From: Andalucia godoyi And28
Taxonomy: Eukaryota; Protista; Jakobida
NCBI GenBank assembly: GCA_009859145.1
Contig: VRVR01000008.1
Span: 323,693 to 387,692, forward strand
DNA: 64,000 nt
Reading direction: 5' to 3'
Part shown: positions 21,884-36,387 of the stretch, piece by piece
How positions within the stretch are numbered: the stretch's first letter is position 1
How the letters are laid out: the number at the start of each line of letters is the position of its first letter
The notes under the pieces: generated by a model
Database searches by the model: none
What the model was told of the DNA's origin: nothing
Seen by the model: the letters and a program-made list of their open reading frames with translations, nothing else
Made by a program: the position numbers and the translations under genes

Positions 21884-24800
21884 AGAAGAAGAAGAGACGG
21901 CTTGGGGAGGCGCAGCAACTTCCGACTTGATCCGAATCGAAATAGTCCTCTCTGAAAGGGTGGAACCAGAGTGCGAAAGCGAAGAAGCTCTCGAGTGGGA
22001 AGAGCCAGCGACCATCACTGGGATATCAGCAATCGTCGAAGGAACCACAACAGCAGTGGAGAACGAAGGATTGGGATCCAAGAGCAAAGATCCAGCTTCA
22101 AACCAGAGATGGGCACGCCGCTCCAACACCTCCGCACACGATGCATGCACAAGAGGATCACTCCTGTCCAGCATGTTGGCAATAAACGGAATCGAAATCA
22201 AAGACGAAGCATCAAATCCCACTTGGAAAATTGCAGACATCAGATGTAAATCGTCTTGTAAAAACCGGAAGTGCGAAACGAAACCAGGATCAACATCCCG
22301 TCTGGATGTCTTGATCACGAGCTTCAAGCAAGACAAAAAGAAGGGGCGCAGAATGAACGATCCCTGCTTGTACATCGAGCCCGGGAGAAATCGAAAGTTC
22401 AGTCCAACCTCTGGAAGTTCATCAATGGCCGGTGGGGAAACATCAACACGAGCGCGACGAATATCTACCACGAATGGAAACACATACCGCCACATGCGAT
22501 TCATGAACAACACTCGTCGAAGCCACTCATGCGGGGAGCCCATAAACGACACATGAACCGTCGGAACTTTCCCCTTCATAACAATCTCAGTCGCGTCGCG
22601 CACCCAGTTCTCAACAATAAACTTCTCCTGCGAGACCGTCCTCAAAGCATTCAAGTGTGATTGGATTTTGCTGAAAAGCAGCTCGAACTGCGGTCGTCCG
22701 GCAGGATCCTCGCACAATCCCCAGAGCTCACAGGCCCGCCATAGTGCTTTCAACTCCTTGGGACCCCACTTGTACAAATTACTGTCTACCAACGATGAAG
22801 GCGTTTGAGACCCAGCAGCAGGCAGAGTCAATGCGGAAGCCCCTGTTTTCTTGAACGCGGGAGTCGCATTCCGAGCATGCTGCTGCTGGTTCGTTGGCGT
22901 ACTGAGCGTATCAACGGCGCCGGAATCGCCTGCAGGCGCTGCTGCATTTTGATTGGCATTGGCATCGATGATTCGCTTTAAATTCTTCACAGTGATTCGC
23001 ACAGAAGGAGATCTTTCCTCAGGCGCTACACCAGCCGCGTTCGAACCTTGGTTGGACAATTCCACCGGCGTTTCGGCAGCAGCGATTGTCGACAAAACAT
23101 CCAAGCCTGATGCAGGGAATTCCTCACCAGTGCGAGCACCAGCAGTCTGCAAATTTCGGAAAGTAGGTTGCACACCAGACAACAATGTGGCTGCCAGTTG
23201 TCGGTTCGCAGCAGCAGTGATGCGGCGGTTGATAGAAGATCGAAGAGTAGGATCCAAAACAATGGCATCATCGTCCCAACAGCGAGCTTTGCAAGCGCGC
23301 CCAACAACACGACAAAGCCGATCAAACAGCTGTTCTGCATGAAAATTGGCAAGGGATACGCCTTCCGGAACATTCGACAAATTCATTTCCGCGGGCTGTA
23401 CTACACCAGCTTCATGAATCACAATCAGCGCTTGTTTGTCATGCTCCGAAGTCCACCATGGATAATGGGCAATGGCGTATTCTATGACAGGCAGCGTAAC
23501 TTCTTCAATCACGGTTCCCAGCACAAAACGGCGCAGCGCAGCAAACTGTTCAATTCGCAAGAGAATGCGGGCGGAAACAGGAGATGTCGAATCAAAAACC
23601 GCATTCGTATCCAACAACGGCAGTTCCCTGACATTCTGCAGCAGACAGGAACCCAGAAGCTGGCCATTTTCCTTATCCCAGGCCTCGATCACCAGGGTCC
23701 CGGCGATTCCCGGAAGAACGAATTCCACGGAACAAGCATCCAATACTTCGTGGATACGCAAAACGCTGTCCTCCCATTTAATGACAAGCACGACACAGGC
23801 AATAACGTCCCGCGAAGGCCAGCCACACCAGAATGGCATGCACGTGATATACTCAATCGTACGCACAAGAAGAGATGTTTGCACTTCTGGGATTTTGAAT
23901 CCGTATGAGGCATACTGCGTCTGCAAGTGAGGATTGACCAACAATTGTTTCAACAGAAGAGTGGGCTGCTTCCGGCGCTGAGCCGTCACCAAACGGAAAA
24001 TAACGGCCTCCATAAGGCACCGAAATCGCTCCTTTGATGGGCAGTAAGCGAGCTGTGTCTTGTAGCGAGTCACCAGAATTCCAAAATGGACGTTCAGCAG
24101 AAACTCATTTGGGTCGCCCTCCATGTCAATTACGGATTTTGGAGGACTGTAGGAGAAGCCGAGAGAAAACAACTGACTCTTCGCGTAATCGATATGCGCT
24201 CGCTTAATTTCCACCGTGTCCGAGACAAGAGTCCGGTCCTTAAGACTCTCTTTCTCCTTTTCTTTCTCTTTTGAGGTCATTGGAACCTCTGTATCTTCCT
24301 TTTTCACAGCTTTTTTCAGCTTGGAAGCATCTTCATCATCCTCACCGTCCGAGGCGTTCGCTACAGGCAATCCAGAATGGGACGACGGCGTCGTGCGGCT
24401 TCCGCGCTGTCGAGCTTTCCGCGCACGAACAGAATTGAAATTTTCAGATAGTGTGTGCACATGAGAACGAAGTTGTTCATGCTGAGACAAAGCGGTTTCC
24501 AAAACAGCGAGCAGATGGTTCATAGCTTCCACTTCGAGCATGACTGTTTTGGAGAATCTGTTGGCATCTACTTCCTTGCGCTGGACAAGATCAGTACTTG
24601 TCATCTCAACATCTGCTACGAACTTCTTCACTTCTGCGACCGCGGCTTCCTCGGAGGAGACAAAGTCAATCGATTCCAGACGCTTCTGCAATTCCTCCGG
24701 AGTGGAAATCGTACGGGGCAGAACCCTTTCCCAAAAGTCAGACGCATTGACATCCACCGTTACATCACCATCATCCGCCACGAACGATGCTTTCGCAAGC

Positions 24801-27718
24801 AGATTCCGTTGTGGACCCGACCCGACCCGCTCTTCATCGTAAACAATCTTCCGCGAAGAGGATTGTAGAATCTCATCAATGCTTTTGGACGCCATTTCGA
24901 AGCCTTGGTCTGCACCAGTGGCATTGAGCTCATACGCTCCGAAGCGCAAAAGACGGTCAATCATCTTCACGCGCTCCCTATCGGACGCCGCGGACGCCAC
25001 AGCATTGGTGGCGTCCTTCGCAGATTCTTCAAACCCCATGCGCTGCATGACGGCCTGCTCAAGTCCCAGTTTTCGGCTCGCAACTTCGAACATATACGAT
25101 TCATACGTGTTCTTCGTAACCAAACGATAGATCGTCACATCCTTGGTCTGTCCAATACGGTGCGCGCGTGCCTGAGCTTGCAAATCGTTTTGCGGATTCC
25201 AATCTGAGTCATACAAAATGATGGTTGATGATGACGTCAAATTGATACCCAGCCCTCCTGCCTTGGTTGACAGCAAGAACACGAATACATTACTAGACGG
25301 ATTGTTGAAAGCGTCGATTGCTTTTTGACGATCACGACCGCTAATGTTCCCATCAATTCTCACAAACGTGTATCCCATGAAACGCATAAACGTTTCCAGC
25401 TTGTCAAGCATTCTCGTCATCTGGGAAAAAATGAGCACCTTCTCTCCAAGCGGTTTCAACTTTGCCAGCAACTTCCCAACCAACACCATTTTGCCAGAGT
25501 GGTTCACGAACAGCTGTTGCGGATCAGAACCTTGAGGAGCTGTCGAGGCAAGTTTTGCCTCGATGCCATCAATCAGATATGGGTGATTGCAGACTTTGCG
25601 CAGCTGCATTGCAATGTTTGAGAGCCGAGGGGCGGTGGATTTGATGTCGCCCTTTGCCACATTGTACGAGACCAAGAAGTTTCGGTTCTTCTCGTAAACG
25701 GCACGGTAAATGGTCTTTTGCGGTCCTGTCATCTCGACTTCTATCAGAATTTCCTCCTTTTTGGGAATGCTCTTTTCCACATCGTGTTTGAATCGCCGGA
25801 GCACGAAAGGCCGCATCTCGTTCTGCAGTGCATCAACACGGTCGGCATCCTTCATTTCACCGTAAACAGCCGAAAAATCCTCTTCACGAGGATACAAGGA
25901 CGGATTGAGAAAATGGAACAGGGCCCAAAGTTCTACAATCGAATTCTGCAACGGCGTACCCGTGAGCAGCAGCTTTCCTGGAGCACGGATCTGATTGAGC
26001 AGCACATCATAGAGCCGCGACTGTTTGTTCTTCAACCGGTGTCCTTCATCGACGACCATATACTGGAAATGGATCTTTGACAGACTTGCGGTTTCTGCCA
26101 GACACATTTCATACGTAGTCAACATTACATTAAATTTAAGCAGCTGAGTCTTGTCGGTCTTGGCAAAGTAGAATTCAAACTGTTTGATTTCATCTCGGCT
26201 CTGTACTGTCCCGATGTATGAGATCACATTCATTTCTGACCACCGCTCAAACTCGCGCTCCCAGTTCCCAAGTGTCGACAGTGGCACGACAATGAGGTAA
26301 GGTCCCCAAAACCCGTTTCGAAACATGTGCTCCAGAAATGCGACGGTCTGGATCGTCTTGCCCAGTCCCATCTCATCCGCCAGCAAACAGTTCCTTCTGT
26401 GCATCCAATTGAAAATCAAAAAGTTCAATCCCTCTAGCTGGTACTCGAATAATCTGTTACCGTTCTTAAAATCTGGGCTCTCCTCAAGTTTGCGAAACGA
26501 CGACGGTGGTGGAATGGTCTTTGCGATTTTGTACGTCTCAAACCGCTTCTGCCGCACACGGAACTCTTTGAGCTTCACTTCGTACGTGGCGCATCTATCG
26601 AGCAGGATGGTTTCAAACTCCCAAGTGGAGTCAACATAATTCTGATCGCACCACTTGACAAAAACAACACGTCCATCCGGTCCGCTGTGCTCTGCAAGAA
26701 TGCGATCGATTTGAACAAACATTGGATCAAAAAAGTCTTCATCGTCTTCGTCCGTTGCATTCACTCCCTCGGCATCCACGCCGATGGCATTCGCTGCTGC
26801 TTCTTCCGGCACAAGATCGAGGAATCTTTTGAGCTTGCCCCTTTCTATGGACCCTTGGGCGACAATCTCCTCCTTGGAAACGGCAGCGCAATGAAGATAC
26901 GACATTCCCTTGAATTTCACAATGAACTTGCCATCCGAACGCTTCCTAAAGATTCGATCAATACCGCACGCAAGCAACTCTTTGCGTTCCCGTCTCGAGA
27001 CATTGAATCTTCTCTTTGTGCCTTCTTCTTCTCCCGCTCCTTCACCATCATTACCATCATCATGATGATCGCTACCATGATCGCCATCGCCATTGTTACT
27101 ATCTGCAACAACACCAGCGCTGCTCTTCTCGTTACCCACGTTCGAATCACCAATGCCGCTAGCTGCATATCCTGCCGAACTAGAACTTGACGATTTTGAC
27201 CTCTTTGCGGATCGTCGCTCGGCCCTTGTTTCTGCTTGCTCGTCGTCTTCAAGATCGGAAGAGCCAAGTTCGTTGTCGTACTTGACACCAGCAGGCAAGC
27301 GAGACGCCCGAACTGGTCGTTTTGGAGCAGAGTCCGAGTCCGAGTCTGCTGATGCTTTGGGAACCACTGGACCCGAGGATGCACTCGGTGCTGAAGGCGA
27401 TAATGAAGATGAGGCCATCGTCAGAGACGCCGGTTTGCGCTTAAGTGCCGGTTCGCTAGAACCAGCCGCAGACGAGGATGATCTTTTTCGAGCGCCAGAA
27501 GAAGAGGAAGGAGCAGCTGACGATGACGATGACAAAGAAGACGCATTAGTGTCGCCCGGACCCGTGGCCGAGGCCCCGCCACCGCCAGCTGAGATGCTCT
27601 TGTCAGAAGATGGATGCGCAGCTTTGGAGGACGACTTCACGAGCTTGAACACCCGTTCGTCATCGCTGCTAACAGCATACTCGTCAATGTCATCTGCGTC
27701 TTGCTGAGGCGGTTTCAT
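21587..27718 (-). CDS. Chromodomain-helicase-DNA-binding (CHD, Snf2-family) chromatin remodeller, about 2043 aa
   Basis: Tandem chromodomains, LADEMGLGKT, VVDEGHRLKN, LSTKAGGLGINL and DWNPQNDLQAQARAHRIGQ. First ATG is at 27718. Confidence 0.95.
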
Positions 27719-28302
27719 GAGTGGAGCGATGTCGTATTGGTATGGTTGCGCGAGCGGACACGAAAACCCACAAGCCCAAGAACGCCGCCCTTCCCCGTAA
27801 ACAAGTTGAAGAATCGAGGCTCGCTCGGATGCATTTTGTATTCTGCCACACCGCTTGTCTTCCTGCTCACGCGAAACACGGCTCGCTCGGCACACATACA
27901 GCAGTTTTCTTCCTTCCAGGACGGACCTTTTTTTTTTTTTGTGTTCTTTAAAACATTTGACGCAGATACACTGACGTCGACTACCCGAGTGCGCATTGGC
28001 CAGAAACGAATAATTTCATTTGGTAAAGCCGGTCTCTCTCAAAACAAAAATCATAACCGCGAGGGACTCCATCTGAAAAACGTACAAAGGCATCATCTCG
28101 ATGGATATCCCCTGTTCTGACTGCCGCCGATAAAAAGTGCATCTTCTCCGTCTGTTTTGTTTTTTGTTTTGCTTGGAAATTACTGTTCATGACAAATGGG
28201 GAGCGGAACTAGCAGAGAAAATCGTATGTGGATTACTGAGATCTTTGGTTTGACTTTTGCAGCAGCAACAACAACAGGAAGAGAAAAGAAAAGAAAAAAG
28301 AA

Positions 28303-31300
28303 ATGTGTATCGGTATTAATAATAGCAATAATAACCAACTAGGCTTTGAGTCGGTACTGAAGCTCTCAAGCTCCTTGGATTCGCACAAACAGCTGGAAAG
28401 TTTGCAAATTTTCGAAGACATTCTGCTGAAACCAGTTCTGAAGGACATTCAAAAGGAGTCCGTGGTCATTATATTCCAGAGACTGATGCACAGTGAGCAG
28501 CGGTCTGTTGTTCAGTGGACTTCAAGGCTGCTGGCGCCGGCAGTGAAGCACGAAATTCTTGTCCCGCTGTTCTTCAAACAAATGGACCCGGATCAGAACG
28601 TGTTCATATACTTCGTGCAGTTTCCAGACGAAGTTGTGGTGTTCAGCGGACTGCAGGCCTTGCTGCTGGTCTCCGCAGATGCCATCCACAGAAATTTGAT
28701 TCTTCATGAAGAATTCGTGAAGTATGTAGACTATCTCGCGCAGTCCGGGTCCGTCGTTTGTGCCAGGCTTTGCTGCTCCATATTCGCAAACCTCTGCAAG
28801 ACAGGTACGTTTTTCCGTCATTTTTTTCGAGTTCGTTCTTGTTCTTTTTATTTTATTTTAAATGTTTAATATGGTGTATTGGTTGTCGTTGTACTAAACA
28901 AAAATGACGTTCCTGTTCCTGCAGACGAGGGTAAGTCATGCATTCTTGCGAAACAGTCTCGAATTACTTCGATGATTTTTACCCTTCAGGGATCTTCGAA
29001 GGCGGAGGACATTGCCACGTATTTGGATGCGCTGCGGAGCTTGTTTCTGACGGGTCCGAGGGGAGAGAAGGTAGTGGATCTACTGTTTTCGTGCATTACG
29101 TTGGATGAGCTGTTGCACCTCTGCAGCCACAGCGACGCTCGTGTTCAGATGACAGCATATAGTCTGGTATCGAGCTTTGCGGATGGAGACGTTGCCAATC
29201 TTCCGCAGTTCCGGTATGAAGATGCCGAAGCTGGCGATGCATTCTTCGAAAGGCAGACAGAAAGAGCCGTGCAGACGTTTTCTCTCGGAATTGTGAAGCG
29301 GATGATGGGCTCACTGCGTAAGTATCCAAACAACCCAGGTCTGAGTTCATCTGTTGCAAGTTTGTTCTGTTCGTTGTCAGTCGAAGTCTCGATCATCAGT
29401 GACTTGTATAATGTGTATGGCCATGCTGTCATCAAGCTGCTGCTGAAATCCACGGAAGCGGCCACTCTCAAGTTTTTGTTTGTGGCCTGCCGAAACGTTC
29501 TGCAGTTTTCTTCAGTTCGTATTGCATTTGAAAAAGACGGCCTTCTGAAACCACTTCTCGCAAAAATTCGAGCGTTCATTGCACAGTGGCAAGACAACAC
29601 TGGTATGTATGAACAGTGCTTGCATATTGTCGCACTCTTGTGCGATGAGAAATCGATTTTCCCAGACATCATGGAGTCCGGAATTATGGACGCTGTCGGC
29701 AATGCTTTTCAGAAGTTTCCATCCGAAGAGACGAGGTTGACCGCACTTCGATGCTTGGCGCTCGGTGGTGGATCGGAATCGCACATGGAAACCATGTCCA
29801 GCAGAGTTGGGGCTGAGGGATTTTACCAGCTACTGTCTCAACAGCAGGTCCAGTACACGTTGCCTGCGGCGTCTCTGCTAGCAAAAGTTACAGATCCTGC
29901 TTACTACGCGTCGGCCCGGTTTTCAGAATCGTTCTGCGAGCTTGATGGCATTCGTGCTCTCTGGGAGATAATCGATCGCGATCGTGACGACTTTGGGCTG
30001 CTCCTCAGTTGTGTTGCCTGCATTGCCAACATCTCGGACACAGTTTCCTGCCAGAAGAGCGTTATGAGCGTCGTACCTCCCAAGTTTTTTGTCGATCTCT
30101 TGCTGCGACCGGAGTCCAGTCTTCGGCTGCTGGGCACCCGTGCCCTGCGTTCTCTGAGTCAAGGAGAAGCCGAATTAAAGACACTCATCGTGGAAAACGG
30201 TATTCCTGCGATCTGCGAGTACCAAGAAAAACTTGACGAAGGTATGAACGAGCACGCTACCGCGGTCATCCGCAACATTGTGGACGACCCAGCCCTGATC
30301 GACTCCGCGATTGAGAAAGGCGGTCTCGAGATTCTCCAGCGCTCTCTCTTTCGAAAATCCCAGGTCACGGCCTCCTGTGCGCTCGAATCCTTCGCAATCA
30401 TCACTAGTCGATCGGATCTTCAGTCCCTGATTGTCGGTGACTCCTTCGGTCAAATTGTCGAATGGTCTCTCACACCACGGCTCTCTGTACGGTTACCCGC
30501 AGTTCAAACACTTGCGAACTGCCTTCTCAACGACAGTTCCTTTTCTATTTTCGGAGAGACGTGCCACCCCAACGTGGACTGCTTTTTACGCGGAGAAGTC
30601 CTGGAGAAGCTGCTTCAGTTCTTTTCTCATGACATGCACGAGAGTGTGGCCGTGCAAGAATCCCGCATTCTTGCTTGTCTGTCCCTTTCACCGAATTTCG
30701 CTGCGACTGCCATCGAGAACAACTTGATTCCGGAGCTTTGCTTGTTTCTTCAGCAGGCTTCGACTGTGAATTCGACACTCCTGTTCAACATCGGTCTATC
30801 CCTAGGCAGAATACTGCGAGCTGTCGCAAAGCCGATTTTGGAAAACCCGTATTCCACTCAAACCGCAAAAGAGAAAGAAATGCTAAAAGAGCTTCAGGAA
30901 GATCGAGCGGACGAAGCACTCTTCAGCCTTTTCTCGACGTGCAACGACTCGTCTCTGACGTTCTTCGCTCTCCAAGCAGCCTTTTCCACCATCCAGATTT
31001 CTGATCTTGCACTGGATCGATTTCTCAAAGCTCAGGGCCTGGAGTTTCTTATTGACGCACTGAACAGCGAATTCAAAGGAATGGAGACTCTCTGTGTGGA
31101 AGTTCTTCGGTACATTTCTTCCGTTGCGTCGGACGAAAGACGAAGAATTATGATGCGGACATGGGGTGAGAAGCGATTTGTGAACTGGATCGTTCGCACA
31201 AGGTCTCGGCCGTTTGCTTGGAGGGCGTACGACATTTTCATAGACTTTTGCGAGCTGGTGAAATGGCATCTTTCTGCATCCATTGATTTCCTCTTTTCCC

Positions 31301-34300
31301 TGCTGAATGATCGCGAACAGTTGAAGATCAACAGCACCCTGTTTTCGACGCAGCAGTCCTTGTCGTCGTCTCCGCGGTCGGCTTCCTCTCCTTCACCCTT
31401 TACGATATCCGGGTCTCACAGTTCTCCCGGAGATTTCACGCCATCTCCTGCTGTGAATGACGGCACGCAGCCGGGGACATCGACGAACATGACGTTCGCA
31501 ACGTCGTCAAGCGCACAGTCTCCTGGAGCTTCCACTCCGGGGTCCGAAACTCCGGTACAGCGAGAAGCGCGACCGGTGGACGCCGCAAAGCTGAGATGTA
31601 CGGTTGTGCGGTACCTGCACATCTTTGTACAAAAGGATCTTGGACTCGAAAGATTCCGTGTTCCCACGCACATCAGCAGTCTGGGAAATTTTCTTCTGAC
31701 ATCAAAAGAAGAAGAGGGAAAGTTTTACGTCGTTGACATGCTTCGCCTGCTTTCGAAGCACGAACAGTTTCACGAGGAGTTACTGACGTCCTTTTCTCAG
31801 AATGCATTAATTATTGCGTCTGTCATTCGTAATCCTATGCGTACCCATCGCTCTTTTGGATTTTTTCTTTTGAATATTATCAGCAACAGCGACGTTGCGG
31901 TGAAAGTTTGTTCCCCATACATTGTCCGATGCCTTCTGGATCTTGCAATGGTGTGCTTGAGAGATCTTGACGAAGAGCAAGCAGCGGAACAGTGCATCAG
32001 CTCCTTGACTCGTCTGTGCAAAGGAGAAAATGGAGAAGAAGCCCTGTCTCAGGTAGACATGCTGTTTACTGTCCTCGCACAACTCACGCACGAATTCTTG
32101 CACATCGAAGACTTCTTTGAAGCTGTTGTCGAATTCTTCTACGCCGCCTTTCTGAAGAGAAATCTTCGAGAAAAAGCCCATAAAGAAGGTGCGGCATTGT
32201 TTGTCCTGCGGCTGGCCCAAAGAAGACCCGAAATTCGGAAGATGCCTGTGCGAGCGACTTTGCTGGAAACCGTCTACCAGCTGTGGCTCCCATTGCAGTT
32301 TCGTAGCCTATTTTACGGGAGGCACCCGCCTGTCCAGCTCGGCTCCTTGACGTTGCCCGACTTCTCTGTGACGGACACAATCTGGAACTATGAAAAGCAT
32401 GGCCATCTGCGAGAGCGCTGCGTTGCTTGTCGCATTCTTGGTGAAATGTCGAGTCCTTCTGAGGAAGTGATTACTCGCGGAGCACACGAATTTGATGCGG
32501 CAGTTGCGGCCGTTCCGCCAGACAAGGTTTTTAGGGCTTGTTTTGAGCTTGCTACTGGAAATGAACGTTCTGGAATCCCAAGAGAACCTGGACGGGATGC
32601 TTCATTTCAGTGGGAAGGAATCCGGTCCGCCTTTCGAGTAATTCAGAAGTCTGCCGAGCAATGTGCAAGCCTGCAAGAAACCCGTCTTCTCATGTATATT
32701 TGCTTCAATGCAGACCGAGACACGTTGTTTTGGGCCATCAAGTTGACAGAGGCTATGCTGGGCAAGTCTGCCTTCATTGAGCACTGCAGAGACGTGCTGT
32801 TATTTTCTGGGATGTTCAGTTGCTCGTTGTCCCAAAGCGAAGTTCTACAGACAGTCGGACGGCTGGCGCTCTTAGCGACACCTGCAGATTCGCACATCTG
32901 GATCCAAAGACAGGTTCTGAACTACGGAAAACTTCTCAAGAAGAATGATGAACAACTGGTGTCGCACCTTCTCCAAGCACTTCCCCACATGTGTAAGAAA
33001 CTGTCGCTGCATCCGTTTGTCGGCAGGTCCCACATATTTATGTTTCTTGAAGAGAAAAAACAGGCTTTATCGTCGCCATCTCTTCAGGCGATTGCCGTCG
33101 CTCTCGCTCGCATTTCGTCACAAGGAAAGCTTGTGGACAGCATTGTGTCCGACAATGGCATCTTTCTGCTGCGTTACGTGGTCGATCACTGTGAGACAGA
33201 GGAGTCGCGGATCTCAGTCATACGTGTGTTGTATGACTTGTGTCATCACGGCGACATTGGAACGCATCTCCAAATTATCCGATTGCAATTCATCTCATGG
33301 CTGTCGATACAGTTCCGAACGTTTGCGGAAGCGGAACCTCGGAAGCAGATCTTGCAAATTTGGGCATCGCTCTGTCGGTATACAGAATGCATCACACAGT
33401 GCTCGGAGGTCAGCTTTCTGCACGGAACATTTGCGGAATACGTATGCTCGTCTCCAGACGTTCCCGTGCGGCACATGACCTTGATATCCGAAATGTATGA
33501 GAAACTGGCGTACTTTCCTGAGCTCTATTCCGGTTTGTTGACAGGAACGTCCATGCAGGCACTAAAATCCTTCTTGACGCACAAGGCCGCGGATTCGAAA
33601 GAGAGCATCTTATCTGCGCTCTGCACTGTGGCATCCGAGGCCGAGTCTCACAGGTTTCTGTGTTCCGACGAACAGTTCATATCCATTATCATTGAAAAAC
33701 TTACGGTGCCCACGGAAAGTCACGCACATGTTCTGGAGATTATTGGGCATCTCACATGGAAAAGCCCGCACACACTGAAGTCGCTGCTGAACAGGAATGT
33801 TTTGCATTCACTGATGCTTCTGATTTCTTCACCAGAGCCACAGATCCGATATGCTGCCGCAAAGCCTCTTGCAAGTGTCTGTGAGGTGGCTCCCCATGAT
33901 GTATTCATGCGGGGCGGTGCGCACGAGCTGTGCCGCGTCCTTGCTGGGGGCGTTGCGGACGACCAACCGTCGGTAATTTTCCATGCTGCACGCGGCATTG
34001 CTGCTCTTTGTCGAAAATTACCGGTGGTCATCCCCATATTCATCAAGCAGAATGTCCTGGCAATGTGCACACACATTCTGAAAAGACACTTTAAGTCGCT
34101 TGATACATGGAGAGAGGCTTTGCAAATTGTTCTGTTCCTGATCAAGGAGGACAACGGGGTTCTTGAGGAGTTCTTTCAAGCAGAAGGGCCTTCACTTGTC
34201 CTACGCTGCATGCCTGATATACTTGACCAGGCGCCTGCAGGAAATGCACCGGCGGCAGACAGTCTCATCATGTCCTATTTTCGTGCCTCGCATACCCGAG

Positions 34301-35640
34301 AAGCGTGGTACAAGCATCGCCATCTGATCAAGTACGCTTGGGCAAAGGAAAAGCTGGTAGGGTATTACAAGCAGATCCCAAACGAGAACGCCACAGAACC
34401 CCCGAAGCTTTTCAAGCCCCGGAGTTTGAGTGATTACATGAATCTCGACGCGGATGCGGGGATTGTTGAATTTGACCCTGAAACTGTTGAGCAAGAGGCT
34501 CAGAGACTAAAGAAAGAAAAGCTCCGGGCCTGGAGAGCAAAGTACAAAGAGGTGACAAAACTCCAGCGTCCAAGCAAGGAAATCGGCAAAGATCAGGAAA
34601 ATGGTCGCAGCAACTCGAACGCAAACGTGCACTGCGCATCTGGAATTTCGGACGAGGAAAAAGAAGACATCCCAACCTACATGCGCGTCATATTGCGCGT
34701 TCTAGATGACAGGTGGATCAGCACGCCAATCTACGAATCTTCCTTGTTTGAATCACCGCAAACCGTTCCGACAGTGCGAGAGACCGGGGATGAGCAATGG
34801 TTCGTGGAGCCGGATCCCGACTTGTACTCGATTTTCGCCTCCACAACAGACATTGTGGAGCACATTTGTTCGAAGAAAGAACGCGCAAGGCTGTCGTTTT
34901 CCACGGACAAGCGGGTACACGACTTTCTATGTTGGGTATTCAGAAATTGTGGCGGCATTGATACCCTCACGTCGGCTGCCAAGTGCGTGGCACACATAAC
35001 CGAAAATGAAGAGGCAGTCTTGCATTACATTGACGGAGGATGCCTTGAGCCACTCTGCGTTTGCGTCAACTTGTCTATCTATTTCGAGGCGTTTCCGACA
35101 GAGAAGCGACTTCCTGAGCTTTTTCTCGCGCTGCAACGGGCATCTGTCAAGGCTCTGGCGAACATTCTTGTGGAAGAGAGAGGACGGGATCTTGTTGTGG
35201 AAGACGATGTCTTTGGTCTTGAGCTGCTTACATTCACGTCAAAAGATAAGGTTGTCTCGACCTATGCATCGATTGGTTTGGCGAATTACCGGATGGACTC
35301 CATTTATCTCCGAACGTCTCTTGCTGTTCGACGGCGAAAACTGTCTACCAGAACTGGAGTCCCAGTGCTCGTTTCTACGGACAGCTTCTGCAGCGATGTC
35401 GATGCACGATCGCCGAGGTCCCAGCCGTCTTCACAACTGGAACATACGCTCGACGGCGATCGCACGTGGATGGCCAACCAAGAGGCAGTCCATGAATCGC
35501 GGCACGAAAAGCAAGATCTCGTTACAGACATCTTACCGCCAATTTCATCATCCCCACCACACGAACAGCCGCCAAACGACTTTATCCGGCATTGGAGCGA
35601 AGAACTGCGACACCATCGAACGTCACCAACCGATGTGTAA
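28303..35640 (+). CDS. Large ARM/HEAT-repeat protein, about 2405 aa, two exons
   Basis: Exon 1 is 28303-28804. The intron is GTACGT...CCTGCAG, 28805-28924 (120 nt, phase 1, with a TACTAAAC branch-like motif). Exon 2 is 28925-35640 and joins in frame. Amphipathic helical repeats run throughout. Confidence 0.8.
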
Positions 35641-35730
35641 AAATGCGGAGAACTATTCGAAGCGAAACCAACGCGCATGCGCGGCGCCCCGGGTAAGCAC
35701 TACCGGTATGTACAGGTACATAAAGAGCTA

Positions 35731-36387
35731 TCAATCCGGGAGGACGATGACGGAGCATACCGTGTCGCCTTTCAGAAACACCCACGACAGATTCCGTTGT
35801 ATGTTCTTCAGAAGCTTCTTGCCTTCAGGCTGGTGCGGATGCTCCGGTACGTTGTCCGTGTATTGCTGTACGCAGTTTCGAAGAATGAGGTTGCAGTGCT
35901 TGTCGAATGCCTCGAGGTAGCCAACAATGCTCCCAAACAACCTGTCGACCTTGCGAATCTTTACGCAGACCTGCTTTTTGCCGCGAACACACTCTTGCAG
36001 CAGCACGAACGGACCAAGGGCATCTCTTGCTTTCGCCGACTTGTCATGCACCAACTTGCCAAATGAATTCCAGGCCGTGGGCTGATTGCGGAGTCTTTCT
36101 TCTGCTTCCTTTTCTTTCTGAATCCGTCTGCGCGTCTGTTCCTCCTGATACGCCTTTGCATGCTCAACGCGGTTCTGAAACTCCGCCGATTCCAAATATT
36201 CTGTTTTAGCAACAGATGCAGCTCCGTCAATGCGATTCGGGTCACTTGGAGGCAACAGCATGCGACATTTCGACAGGTTGTCCAACGGAGCCACCGCCCG
36301 ATTCGGAACGTGCACTCTCGCCGCATCCGGTTCGCGCAGACACTGCAAAAAGTCACATTCCGAAGACGTCAAATCCAGCTTGTCCAT
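35731..36387 (-). CDS. LSM11: LSM11-like Sm-fold protein, 218 aa
   Basis: N-terminal LDLTSSECDF...PLDNL segment, GPFVLLQECVR...YLEAFDKHCNLIL (Sm1), and VFLKGDTVCSV (Sm2) after a long insert. This is the LSM11 architecture. Confidence 0.7.
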   Translation of the reverse strand: MDKLDLTSSECDFLQCLREPDAARVHVPNRAVAPLDNLSKCRMLLPPSDPNRIDGAASVAKTEYLESAEFQNRVEHAKAYQEEQTRRRIQKEKEAEERLRNQPTAWNSFGKLVHDKSAKARDALGPFVLLQECVRGKKQVCVKIRKVDRLFGSIVGYLEAFDKHCNLILRNCVQQYTDNVPEHPHQPEGKKLLKNIQRNLSWVFLKGDTVCSVIVLPD

